Source of the DNA: an uncultured Verrucomicrobiae bacterium
GTDB taxonomy: Bacteria; Verrucomicrobiota; Verrucomicrobiia; Limisphaerales; Palsa-1400
Assembly (NCBI GenBank): GCA_963707025.1
Contig: CAVPOM010000006.1
Location: forward strand, 640,001-704,000
DNA: 64,000 nucleotides
Direction of reading: 5' to 3'
The translations under genes and the position numbers were made by a program. The notes under the pieces were generated by a model that was not told where the DNA came from, ran no database searches, and saw only the letters and a list, made by a program, of their open reading frames with translations. Of the stretch, positions 11,451 to 21,180 are shown in pieces; position 1 is the stretch's first letter; each line of letters begins with the position of its first letter.

Positions 11451-11807
11451 GTGTGAAAACATCGCATATCGGAAACAGTAAGTCAACGGGAAAATGTGAA
11501 ATATTCACACTTCCGCTGCCCAACTCGAAATCGCGATGCGACGACCATTCAAACCGTTCTGCAAAAATGTGAACTAAAAGCAGGGTTGGATCCGAGCTTT
11601 GCAGGCTGTTGGCAGCAATCACTTCACATTTTTAAACGCTTCACATTAGACGATGTGGAGATCAACATAATTCGTGTCGTGGTGCGAGCAAAAGAGGAAA
11701 GCCCCGTGCGAACAAAAGCGGAATAATGATGCGTCACGCTTGTTCTTGGTTGCCTGGCGCACAAGAGGCCAGCGACCCTGCCCGTGCTTGAGCGGATGCT
11801 GATTTGT

Positions 11808-11990
11808 TCAAGCTGCTTGAGCGATTACTTTCTCCTTCGCGTTGGCCTTGGCCCAGGCCGCTGGCGTGACCTCTTTGATCTGGGTGATCTTGGCCGCCGG
11901 CAAGCGTGAGAACAAATCTTTCAAATAATCGAACGGATTTATTACGTGCCGACGGCAACTGCCCAGCAGGCTGCAGGTGACGGTACCGCC
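11808..11990 (-). mobile_element. IS66-family transposase C-terminal remnant
   Basis: Hand translation CSLLGSCRRHVINPFDYLKDLFSRLPAAKITQIKEVTPAAW resembles the IS66 C-terminal domain. Not in the ORF track. Confidence 0.8.
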
Positions 11991-11999
11991 CCGCGCCTT

Positions 12000-12770
12000 T
12001 CAAGGATTGGCCAGGCGGAAGAACAGGCTGCCCGCCGACGGGGTGATGTTGATGCATTTGGCGCCATTGGCATTGGTGGTGACAGAAAAACCGTTCGTTG
12101 TCCAAGCCGCTGACGCAGCCAGCGTGCTGCTCTGTTGCAAAATACAACCGCTTGTGCTTGGCCATGAGATCATGACGCTATTGCCAACCTTGGAGATGCT
12201 CAGCTTGGGCGCGGCGGCCACAACCTGGACGTAAAAGGATTCCTGCTGGGACCACATGGCGGAAGCCGAGTCGTAGCCCGCCATTTGAGTGTGGACCATG
12301 TAAAAGTCACCTGGGGTATTAGTCTTGACCACCAAGTTGAAGGTCCAGACATCCGGACAGGTGGTCGTGCATCCCGCCATGAAGAAGTTCGTGGCGGTGC
12401 CGGGGAAGTAGCTGGTCCAAGTCGGGTCCGCGCTGTAGGCCATGTGATTGCTGCTGTTATTCACCCCGGCGGCGTCGAGGCTGTTGATGTTCAGCCCGTA
12501 ATAGCCCCCATGGCCGTTGGTCACCATCCACTGAATCACCGCCGTTTGGCCTGGGTTGACCTGAAAGACTCTGAGCAGTCCATTCCCAAGATTGGTGGTG
12601 GTCTGGTAGTTGGTCATGGCCATGCCGGTTTGGGGCGTGGTGTGGCAGCCCGCGCAGTTGATGTAAAAGGCGCCGGTGGCACGGCCGCACCAAGCAAACA
12701 TCGCCAAAAGCGCCACGGTGACTGCGGCGGCGTCTCGGACGGGCTCGACGCTGGGGTGTTTATTCGTCAT
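12000..12770 (-). CDS. Secreted protein with a CxxCH motif and Verrucomicrobia-type C-terminal surface domain
   Basis: Signal peptide, then CAGCH at the mature N-terminus. C-terminus PKLSI...ISWP...LQQS..L...W...SLFFRL. Confidence 0.8.
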   Translation of the reverse strand: MTNKHPSVEPVRDAAAVTVALLAMFAWCGRATGAFYINCAGCHTTPQTGMAMTNYQTTTNLGNGLLRVFQVNPGQTAVIQWMVTNGHGGYYGLNINSLDAAGVNNSSNHMAYSADPTWTSYFPGTATNFFMAGCTTTCPDVWTFNLVVKTNTPGDFYMVHTQMAGYDSASAMWSQQESFYVQVVAAAPKLSISKVGNSVMISWPSTSGCILQQSSTLAASAAWTTNGFSVTTNANGAKCINITPSAGSLFFRLANP

Positions 12771-12901
12771 AATAATCGATCGCGCGTCGGCTCATTATCG
12801 GTCATTTGCACGCTCCCCTTGAGCCTCCTGCCTGGGATTATCCTCATGATTTTAGTTCCGCGGCTGCGCTTGGATCTTTGGTCTTTGATCAGACCGGAAA
12901 C

Positions 12902-13096
12902 TTAGCTCATGTGCGCGGTTTCCCGCCGATACCGTTCATCAATTCCCTCTGCAAGGCCGCGAGACCGGAGTTCCCGACGCAAGGCATCACGGACATCTTT
13001 CAGCGTCTCGTTTTCGCAAAAACCCTGGATCATGATTGCCGCCGGGGACGCGGTGACTCCTTCAAACTCAACTCGAATTGGAGCGGCTTTCCGCAA
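12902..13096 (-). pseudogene. Fragment of a 2H phosphoesterase (2'-5' RNA ligase-like) protein
   Basis: FEGVTASPAAIMIQGF...RDALRRELRSRGL...IDERY..TAHMS* ends at an H-x-S motif. No credible N-terminus. Confidence 0.5.
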
Positions 13097-13434
13097 TGCC
13101 GACTACACCGCCGCAAAGCCGCCCCAATTGCCGGCACCGATTCCGCCACCGCCGCCGTCACCGGCCAATCCGCCAGCACCCGGCCAGCACCGCTGGGCCA
13201 CCATGCCACGTTTCGCCTCCAGGCCGTGCGGCGCATCGGTCCAGACGCTCAAAAGCATTCGTTGACTACTTCTCGCAATCGTTAAAGCGCCCCCAGCACT
13301 TCCTCGCATTGCTCCGCAACTCGCCCCCTACAACCCCCCAACCATCCGGCCCCGGAACGCATCCATCTTTGGCACCATACGGCGTTGCTGAATGATTACT
13401 CGACAAGGCATGCCCGCCAGCTAAGTTCAAGCCC

Positions 13435-13746
13435 GTGTTACCCCAATACATCATTACGCTCGGCGCCCGCACCAAGTTCAGGAAAATTGCCGGGAAGACC
13501 GGCAGGTTTGAAGAAGAGGACTACAGGACCATCGAAACTATCGTGCGGAAGGAGCGGGGATTTCCTGGATGCACGATTATCCGGGCGCAGGGCTTTTACA
13601 AGGGCCAGAAGGAGGACACTGTCCAAATAATTATTCTGACGGCGGATTACGGCAAAATTGTGGCCTGTGCCCAGCAACTGCGGCGCACCTTCCGGCAGCA
13701 GCAGGTTCTCCTGGTGCTCGCGGGCGTTGGGGAAATAATCGAGTGA
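13435..13746 (+). CDS. Small PII-like-fold protein, DUF3574/phage SAM-lyase-like
   Basis: FPGCTIIRAQGFYKGQKEDTVQIII...LRRTFRQQQVLL; GTG start. Confidence 0.6.
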   Translation: MLPQYIITLGARTKFRKIAGKTGRFEEEDYRTIETIVRKERGFPGCTIIRAQGFYKGQKEDTVQIIILTADYGKIVACAQQLRRTFRQQQVLLVLAGVGEIIE

Positions 13747-14129
13747 TCCACGACTGAACAACCGGGCTTTTGCAGACCTTATGTGACCTGGGAACGGCCC
13801 CCCAGCCGCAACGGCGTAACTCATCAGGAGCCACACGCGGCATTTTGTTTTCGGTGGGCTTTGGTGGCCAGAACCACCAAAGAGCCGTTCGACTTCTGGC
13901 ACAGTCCTGCCGTAATTTCCCCCAATAATCCGCTGCGGGACACCCTATTTTTTGCAAAAGGTCCGCCGATCAAAGAACCGAGGCTGAACCCCCATGAATC
14001 CACGCTCGCGCCGGGGCCAGATCAGGCGGCGCTCATGGCGCCTGCAGCCGCCGAGCATTTTTCCCCCGAGGTTGCACCAAGCGAATCCTTCGTGTAAACA
14101 AAGCCCGTGAGTCGTGTTCAGATAATGAA

Positions 14130-14280
14130 GTCGGGGGCCAGACCGGCGCTGACCTGGCTGCGCTGGACTGGGCCATCGAGCATGGAATCCCGCACGGTGG
14201 CTGGTGTCCAAGGGGGCGCAGGGCAGAGGACGGGCCGATTGACGCCCAGTATCAATTGAGGGAGACGCCCAGCCGCACAT
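14130..14280 (+). pseudogene. N-terminal remnant of a 'putative molybdenum carrier'/cpYpsA SLOG protein
   Basis: Hand translation [47 protein letters not shown]. No start codon; similarity stops after ETPS. Confidence 0.8.
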
Positions 14281-14471
14281 CTTCGAGATCGAGGACACCG
14301 GGGAAACGCTGCGAATCGTCAAAGAATTTACTGGGGCCGAAGCGGGAACCGCTCCATGATCGTGAATGAATGCAAACCGGAACAAAACCCATCCAACGCG
14401 GCTCCAATGAAGGACCGGTGCGGTCAACAGGAAATAAAACCACTCATTACACACGTATCCCAATCAATCCC

Positions 14472-15569
14472 ATGAAAGAACTGATAAAACTGTTCGCTGT
14501 GATGTCCGCCGCCATCGGGGTCTCTTCGCCGGCCGCCGATAAAACCCTGATAGATTATTTTCTTCCCACACCAGTTCGTGGTTCATTGACAACGAACGCG
14601 TGGGGCGCCGCCAATGTGCTTCCGCGCGATCCGCAGAACGGCCTCGAAGACCAAACCCTGAAACAGTGGTATTATTGGGATGGCCAAATCATCAATGGGC
14701 CTGATGGCAAATACCACATGTTCGCCAGTCGCTGGAACCGGGCCCTGGGCCATAACGGTTGGGGCACCTCCCTGGCCGTGCATGCCGTCGCGGACGACCC
14801 GGTCGGGCCGTACATTGACAAGGGCGTCTGCTGGCCTGACAGCCTGGGTGGCAGAGGTCACAATGTGACGGCGCTGGTTCTGCCCAATAATGAGGGATAC
14901 GCCGTCATCGTCAGCGAAACCCGGCCGGGCGCCGTGTTTGTTTCCAAGTCGCTGGACGGGCCATGGACCATGAAGGGCCTTCTTACGGTGGAAGGTCAGA
15001 CGAATTGGCGCGCCTCCAACGCAAGCATCCTGATTCGGCCTGATGGCGATTATATGATTGTCCCGCGCAATGGCCGGATCATGATCAGCAAAGCATCCGA
15101 CGGCATCTGCGGACCGTACAAGATAATGGGGCCGTCCTACCCACGGGGCATTCCCAATCTCGAAGACCCCGTCGTCTGGTACAGTGGCAATCTTTATCAC
15201 ATCGTGGTCAATTCCTGGAGCACCCGGACGGCCTACCACCTCACCTCCAAGGACGGCCTGACCCGCTGGGTCAACCGCGGGGTGGCCTACGACCCAAGAA
15301 AAGACTTTGTCCGCTACACCGACGGCACCGTCAATCATTGGAATAAGATGGAACGCCCCGGAGTGCTGCTGGAAAACGGCCATGTCAAGTACTTCACCCT
15401 GGCGGCCATAGATGTCGAAAAGAATGAGGACCGGGGAAACGACAACCACGGCAGCAAGGTTGTCGTGATTCCGTTCGACGGTGAGGCGTTTGATCGCGAC
15501 ATGGCAAAAATCATCGCCGCTGAAGACGCCGCCACGCAGGAGGCCGCGCCCGGCAGCCCAAATAAATGA
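14472..15569 (+). CDS. Secreted five-bladed beta-propeller glycoside hydrolase (GH43-like clan)
   Basis: Signal peptide. Motifs WDGQII..PDGKYHMFASRW, GHNV, LEDPVVW and KMERPGV. Confidence 0.78.
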   Translation: MKELIKLFAVMSAAIGVSSPAADKTLIDYFLPTPVRGSLTTNAWGAANVLPRDPQNGLEDQTLKQWYYWDGQIINGPDGKYHMFASRWNRALGHNGWGTSLAVHAVADDPVGPYIDKGVCWPDSLGGRGHNVTALVLPNNEGYAVIVSETRPGAVFVSKSLDGPWTMKGLLTVEGQTNWRASNASILIRPDGDYMIVPRNGRIMISKASDGICGPYKIMGPSYPRGIPNLEDPVVWYSGNLYHIVVNSWSTRTAYHLTSKDGLTRWVNRGVAYDPRKDFVRYTDGTVNHWNKMERPGVLLENGHVKYFTLAAIDVEKNEDRGNDNHGSKVVVIPFDGEAFDRDMAKIIAAEDAATQEAAPGSPNK

Positions 15570-15599
15570 TCCCCACCCAAAGTGCGGGGTCATTTATTT
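15560..15599. terminator. Bidirectional hairpin terminator containing the stop codons of both convergent genes
   Basis: AAATAAATGA-TCCCC...GGGG-TCATTTATTT inverted repeat. Confidence 0.65.
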
Positions 15600-15754
15600 T
15601 TGTCTTCGGCCAGCATATTCAAGAGCTTGCCGCATTTGCAGCAGGAGAAGCCATCGGGCTGGATCATGTCCAGGACGCCTTCTTCCGGGGTGGGGACGTT
15701 GTAGTGGTTGCAGCCGATGCATTTGGTGTCCACTTCGCCCAGGTGTTTGTTCAT
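15590..15754 (-). CDS. 54-aa zinc-finger-like microprotein
   Basis: MNKHLGEVDTKCIGCNHYNVPTPEEGVLDMIQPDGFSCCKCGKLLNMLAEDKNK. CxxC...CxxC, GC3-rich codons, below the ORF-track cutoff. Confidence 0.7.
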   Translation of the reverse strand: MNKHLGEVDTKCIGCNHYNVPTPEEGVLDMIQPDGFSCCKCGKLLNMLAEDKNK

Positions 15755-15811
15755 GATTGGATGGCAGCCTTGCAGAGCGGGGCAGGATGTGCCACTGTCC
15801 GCTCAAATGTT

Positions 15812-17848
15812 ATGAGAATCCTTTCCATTTGCGTTCTCTTCGGAACATTGGGATTTCTGCCCCAGAGCATCAACGACGCGATGGCTCAAGAGGCGAATCA
15901 ACTCACGCCGGTGCCGATTCAATCGGTGACGATCGAAGATTCCTTCTGGTCACCCAAACGCAAGGTCTGGCAGGAAGTCACCATCCCGGATTGCTTTGAC
16001 AAGTTCGAGAATGACCGCGGCGGTGCGTTGAATAATTTTGACCGCGTTCGCGATGGCAAGTCGGACGGTCACGCGGGCCCGCCGTGGTATGACGGATTGA
16101 TTCACGAAATGATCCGTGGCTCGGCTGACTTTCTGGCGGCCCATCCGGATCCGGCGTTGGAAAAGCGGATTGACAGCTACATCTCCCGCATTGCGGCGGC
16201 CCAGGACAAGGATCCGAATGGTTATCTTAATACGTGGACAGAGCTGGAACATCCCAACCAGCGCTGGGGACTGAACGTCGGCAATGACGGCATGCAGCAC
16301 GAAATGTATAACGTGGGCGCGCTCTGCGAGGCGGCCGTTCATTATTATCAGGCCACGGGCAAAACCAGCTTGCTCAAAGTCGCCGTCAAGCTGGCAAATT
16401 ACACCTGCGACCAAATCGGGCCGGCGCCAAAATACGAATTGGTTCCCAACCACGCCATCGCCGAGGAAGCGTTTGGAAATTTGTATCTGTTTTTTCGCGA
16501 ACATCCGGAACTGAAACGCGGGATGCCGGTCACGGTGGATGAACGACACTATCTGGATCTCGCGCAATACTGGGTGGAAGCGCGCGGACATCAGCGCAAA
16601 GATCAGCCGTCGTATGGCGCCTACAACCAAGACGACCAGCCGGTCTTTGAGCAACAAACCATCGAAGGTCACGCGGTTCGCGCGGCGTTGTTGGCCGCGG
16701 GCGTGAGCGCCCTTGCGGGCATCAACGGCCGCGGCGATTATCGCGCCGCCGCCGTTCGCTTGTGGGAAAATATGAACGGCAAAAAAACGTATGTGACTGG
16801 CGGCATTGGCGCGACCGCGAGGAACGAAGCCTTTGGCAGAGATTATTTCCTGCCGAACGACGGCTACCTGGAAACCTGCGGCGCAGTCGGCGGGGGGTTC
16901 TTTGATCGCAACCTGAACCTGCTCACCGGTGACGCGCGATACGTGGACGCGCTGGAGCGCGAACTTTACAACGGGGCGCTGGCCGGCGTTTCGCTGGCGG
17001 GAAATTCCTACACTTACGTCAACCCGCTGCAAGCGGCTAACGGCAACTCGCGTTGGGCATGGAATGGTTGCCCGTGCTGTCCGCCGATGTTTCTGAAGTT
17101 GATGGGCGCGATGCCTGGCTATATTTATGCTCAAGACAAGACGGGCGTTTATGTGGACCTGTTCGTCGGCAGCAAAGCGAAGATTCAACTGGCTGGCCAC
17201 ACTGTCCGCGTGACCCAGACGACGGATTATCCCTGGAATGGCAATCTAAGAATTGCCATTGAGCCAGCCAGGGCCGACGAATTCGATTTGCATATCCGCA
17301 TTCCCGGCTGGTGCCAGGGGGCGACGTTGCCGGACGATTTGTATCAAGCCGGCAACCGTCCGCTGAACGGGGCCGCGCACCTGAAAATAAACGGCAAGCG
17401 GGTCGAGAATGTTGATATTATTCACGGCTACGCCATGCTACAGCGCCGCTGGAAATCCGGTGATGTCGTGCAGGTGAATTTCGACATGCCCGTGCAACGC
17501 GTGACCGCGAATCCAAATGTCGAGGCCGACAAAGGCCGGGCTGCCTTGATGCGCGGTCCGATTGTTTACTGCTTTGAGGGCGCGGACAACGGAGCGGCGG
17601 TGCAAAATCTCGTCATTCCTCCGGGAACGGTATTCACCCCGGAATACCGGAGCAATTTGCTCGGCGGAGTCACCGTTCTCAATGGAACCGCCACAGGAGT
17701 GTTTCGGACCGGCAATAACCAGATGACTTCCACGCCATTCCATGTCACGGCAACGCCTTATTACGCCAACGCCAATCGCGGCACCTGCCAGATGCAAGTT
17801 TGGATGCCGGAAAACCGGGATGGGGCCAAACCGCAAGGACAAGACTGA
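15812..17848 (+). CDS. GH127 beta-L-arabinofuranosidase (HypBA1-like), secreted
   Basis: HEMYNVG, GHAVRA, YLETC, ERELYNG, CPCCPP and RGPIVYC motifs. Signal peptide from ATG 15812. Confidence 0.92.
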   Translation: MRILSICVLFGTLGFLPQSINDAMAQEANQLTPVPIQSVTIEDSFWSPKRKVWQEVTIPDCFDKFENDRGGALNNFDRVRDGKSDGHAGPPWYDGLIHEMIRGSADFLAAHPDPALEKRIDSYISRIAAAQDKDPNGYLNTWTELEHPNQRWGLNVGNDGMQHEMYNVGALCEAAVHYYQATGKTSLLKVAVKLANYTCDQIGPAPKYELVPNHAIAEEAFGNLYLFFREHPELKRGMPVTVDERHYLDLAQYWVEARGHQRKDQPSYGAYNQDDQPVFEQQTIEGHAVRAALLAAGVSALAGINGRGDYRAAAVRLWENMNGKKTYVTGGIGATARNEAFGRDYFLPNDGYLETCGAVGGGFFDRNLNLLTGDARYVDALERELYNGALAGVSLAGNSYTYVNPLQAANGNSRWAWNGCPCCPPMFLKLMGAMPGYIYAQDKTGVYVDLFVGSKAKIQLAGHTVRVTQTTDYPWNGNLRIAIEPARADEFDLHIRIPGWCQGATLPDDLYQAGNRPLNGAAHLKINGKRVENVDIIHGYAMLQRRWKSGDVVQVNFDMPVQRVTANPNVEADKGRAALMRGPIVYCFEGADNGAAVQNLVIPPGTVFTPEYRSNLLGGVTVLNGTATGVFRTGNNQMTSTPFHVTATPYYANANRGTCQMQVWMPENRDGAKPQGQD

Positions 17849-18078
17849 AACAATCCGGTTTCGTGGCTTCAGCGGTATATTGCAATTTACCGGAGGACCG
17901 CTGTGCGGTTGCGGCGGGATCTGAAAACCGTCTCCGGTTTCTGTTTGTAAAGCCAGCGGCGAAATTTCCGCTCGATGCGCCTTACAGAATCAGCCTCGAA
18001 ATGGATGATCCTCACTCACATGCGGTTCGAGCCATTTGCATAATGTTGTTTTCCTTCTGATATGAATAAACGACCTTG

Positions 18079-18131
18079 GAGTGGCCGGTTGAACTGCCCG
18101 CGAGTGGCCGGTTTTCAACCGCCCGGTGACA
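18079..18131. mobile_element. IS21-family-like terminus
   Basis: GAGTGGCCGGTT twice (18079, 18102), ending ...TTTTCAACCGCCCGGTGACA. Minus strand reads TGTCA...; terminal TG/CA and repeated subterminal boxes are IS21-like. Confidence 0.6.
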
Positions 18132-18312
18132 GCTCCGGGGCAGATTGTGCCGGCGATACGACAACAACCAACGCGTGCCCTTGGTGGCGACCATGGCATC
18201 CTCGCTCTCGGTCTGCCGGACCAATTCCCGGCGCAAATCAGCGAGTTTCTCATTCATCAGCTTCATCACGTGAAATCGGTCGAACACAATCAGCGCCTCG
18301 GGCAGCATTGAA
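18132..18312 (-). mobile_element. ISL3-family transposase internal fragment
   Basis: LPEALIVFDRFHVMKLMNEKLADLRR...KGTRWLL. Confidence 0.85.
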
Positions 18313-18324
18313 GTGAGGCGACGG

Positions 18325-20629
18325 TTAACGGTTCTCGACCGCCAGCACCATGCCGGGGTCGGATAAGTCGCCGGGAGTCGCGGCCTGGGTGCCGACCTGT
18401 TCAATGAGGCTGCCCGGAATGGTAATTGTCGCACCGCCAATGCGGACCAACCGCGTAATGTCTTCCGCGCCGTCGCCGGCCAGGTCTTGAGCCAGGATGC
18501 GAGCGTCGCGCAGCGGGCTTTTCAGTTGGAGAGTCAGATTCCGGTAGTGTCCGAAAATGCCAAAGGGACCTTTGGCGTCAGCCGTGTTGACGGTTACGTC
18601 GGCGGAAGGCATGAACCAGGCGTTGGTCTTGGCAGTCCGTTCCAACGCGCAGACGGCGACGGCGCCGTTGGGGAATTGCCCCGCGATGACAAAGGGCAAT
18701 TCGCCTTCCGCGGCGACCAGCGGGAGCGGCAGGTTCCGCGAAACGCGGGCGGGCGCGCCTTGCTTCGCGTCCTTGCCCAGGACTTGCGAATCCCACGTCT
18801 CGCCGCGCTGGAATACCCAATCGTCGGTGAGAATGGCAGTGTCCAGATTTACGAAGCCGTTCCCGGCCGCATAAGGTTCCGCCAGCCGCTGCCAGTGCAG
18901 AGCGCGGACGACTTCATCCATGCGACGTTTGAGCTGTCTGGGGCCGGCGAAAAACAGATCCGGATCGCCATTGGGGCGCAAGCCCACGAGCGGGAAACGC
19001 ATGACCCCCATCGTGCAGCCGAGCGTGGCCGCGATATACACTTCGTCTTCGCAATTGATGAGGGCAGTGGCCTCGGGGTGTCCCTGCGCCGCATGGAGCG
19101 TCTGCGCCACGCGGTCCAGCGTCGTGGCAACAGAGAGCAGCGGACTAACATCATAGGTGCGGAAGACGTTTGTGTTCCTCAATACTCTGATGCGGCCGGA
19201 ATTCCAATTCAGAGTCGGGAACCTCCCCTCATTTTGCCAATCTCCGTTGAATGGGCCTTCCCCGCTCATGTGCTCCAGGATCAAAGCGGGATACTCGGCC
19301 TGCTTAAGGTGCTGCACGGAAAGGTCCCCGTCGCCGCCGTCAATTTTCCAATACCCCACCCCGGCGTCCTCGCTCCACTTCAGGAGCGGCTCGATCCTGA
19401 TTGGTGGTGTTTGGCGTCCCGCGAGTCCAAAGCGCCAGACCGCGCCAGCCCTCCTTGCGAACGGCCTGGCTCAGCAGTTTGAGCCGTTCCCCCGGCGTGC
19501 CCGCGAAAGACGGAAATTTATTTGTGTCCAGCACCATCGAACTGGAGCGTCCGGCATAATATCCATCGTCCATAAGAAAATAGAGGTCCTGACGCACCTT
19601 CGGATAGAACGTCTTCGCCCACCCATGCGGCCCGAACACCTGATCCTCGGTGAAGGCAGCCTTCGCCAGGTTGGCGCCGCTGCCGCCTTCCAAGATCGCT
19701 ATATCAATGTTGGAAGCGCCCTGTCCATAGGCATAATTCTGGGTTTCCCAGGTGCAAAAGTAATTCGGCGCGGTGGCCGGCTCCTGGGGAACCAAGTTGA
19801 CATTCGCGCCGCCGGACGCCTCGGCCCATGCCTTGCCGATGACATTGAGTAAACCATCGGAAGTCTGCAGCGACAATGTCCTCTGATTGGGGATCAGTGA
19901 ATACCACGCGTAACGCTCCACATACGAGAGGCTTTTCATCATGGCCGCCGACGAGGTCGCGAAGCGGGCGGCTGTCTCGGCGTCAGGATAGGTCTCGGTG
20001 TTCCAGTTCACCATGGCATATTCCGTCACCCAGACCGGGATGTGGTAGGTGTCGTGGACATAGGCGATCTCTTGGCGGAGGTTTTCGGTTGCCTGCGCCA
20101 CATCGAAGTTTGATTGATAGGGGTGAATGCAGATAAAGTCCACGCGATAGCCCTGTGCTTTGATTTGCGCCATGAACTGCGCCAGCCATCCATTGGTTTT
20201 GGTATCGTCTCCCCTTCCTGTGGCTGGACTGCCGAGTCGCAAACCGGTGGCCTGCAATCGCGGCCAGTCGGCAATCGCCTGCTCAACTGTCATGTGCGAT
20301 TGTCCCCACTCGTTGGGCTCGTTGAAGCCGAGTAGAACGCCGGCACCAGTGGCAACAGCGGCATCAAGGTCTTTCTGGTTCACATTATTGTGGCCCCAGA
20401 TCATCGGAACAAACTGAATGCCAGGCGTCTCCCCGATCGGGGACGTTCCCCAGTCATAGTACCAGCCAACACGCAGGGCACCCATGTTAGCAATTGCTCG
20501 CGGAATGCGGGGATAATTACCCACACCTTTTTGGGCAACTTGAGCACTTGCACAAAGCAGCATGGTGAAAGAAATGGCTATCGTGGCGCTGACGATGCGT
20601 GCCGTCAGAAAAGGCTGTATTTTGTTCAT
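18325..20629 (-). pseudogene. Bimodular glycosidase: GH128-like beta-1,3-glucanase plus a second GH-like domain, frameshifted near 19395-19420
   Basis: WYYDW, LLGFNEP, VWVTEYA and VERYAWY (GH128). Then NYFCTW...MDDGY...GLALW, continuing in another frame as IEPLLKWSEDAGVGYWKIDGG. Confidence 0.75.
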
Positions 20630-21180
20630 GGGGTCATTTGTCGGCACCGGGGCCGATGGGCTGCGTTCCGACTATCTTTAGGAACGCCACTCCGGGGGCC
20701 GGAACCTTGGTGGTATAGCTGGCAAATGTTCCCATATCCTGCCTGGCCCTTGTATCACGAACCGAGAAACGGCCATTTAATCCAAGCATGCTCGCGTTCA
20801 CGGTCATATTAGTTGATATTTCCCATTTGATTTCTTGCCCACAACCAGCGTGGGTTCTTTCTTGAAGCTCTTCCCACTTCATAGATTTGCAAGCCATTTT
20901 TCTCCCGGATGCGGAGACACCTCCTCAGTAGTTTCCGGTGTTTTGACATGATCCGCCTGCGCATCCGTGAAGATGGATTCCTGAGCCGGATCATGTCGCC
21001 GCAATGGCCGGCAGGAGGCGTGGCCCGCAAAACCGGCACCGTGTGGGCGGCCAGGGCGGCGCAATACACCGTGGAATAAATAATCAACGGCAGTCCGCTT
21101 GATGATTCAACCTTCGCCCCGGCTCATTTCCCCGTTTTCACAAACCGTCGGCAAAAATCCCGCACCGACCGCGCCGCACT

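Noticed and set aside
13750..14100. Possible structured RNA or riboswitch (TTTGGTGG...CCACCAAA hairpin)
   Set aside because: Only one short hairpin and no recognisable Rfam consensus; it would need a cmscan run.
15566..15811. N-terminal extension of GH127
   Set aside because: Antisense to the 54-aa zinc-finger gene; the signal peptide begins at 15812.
20650..21180. Several short ORFs between the GH128 fusion and GH2
   Set aside because: No motifs or consistent coding signal; left unannotated.
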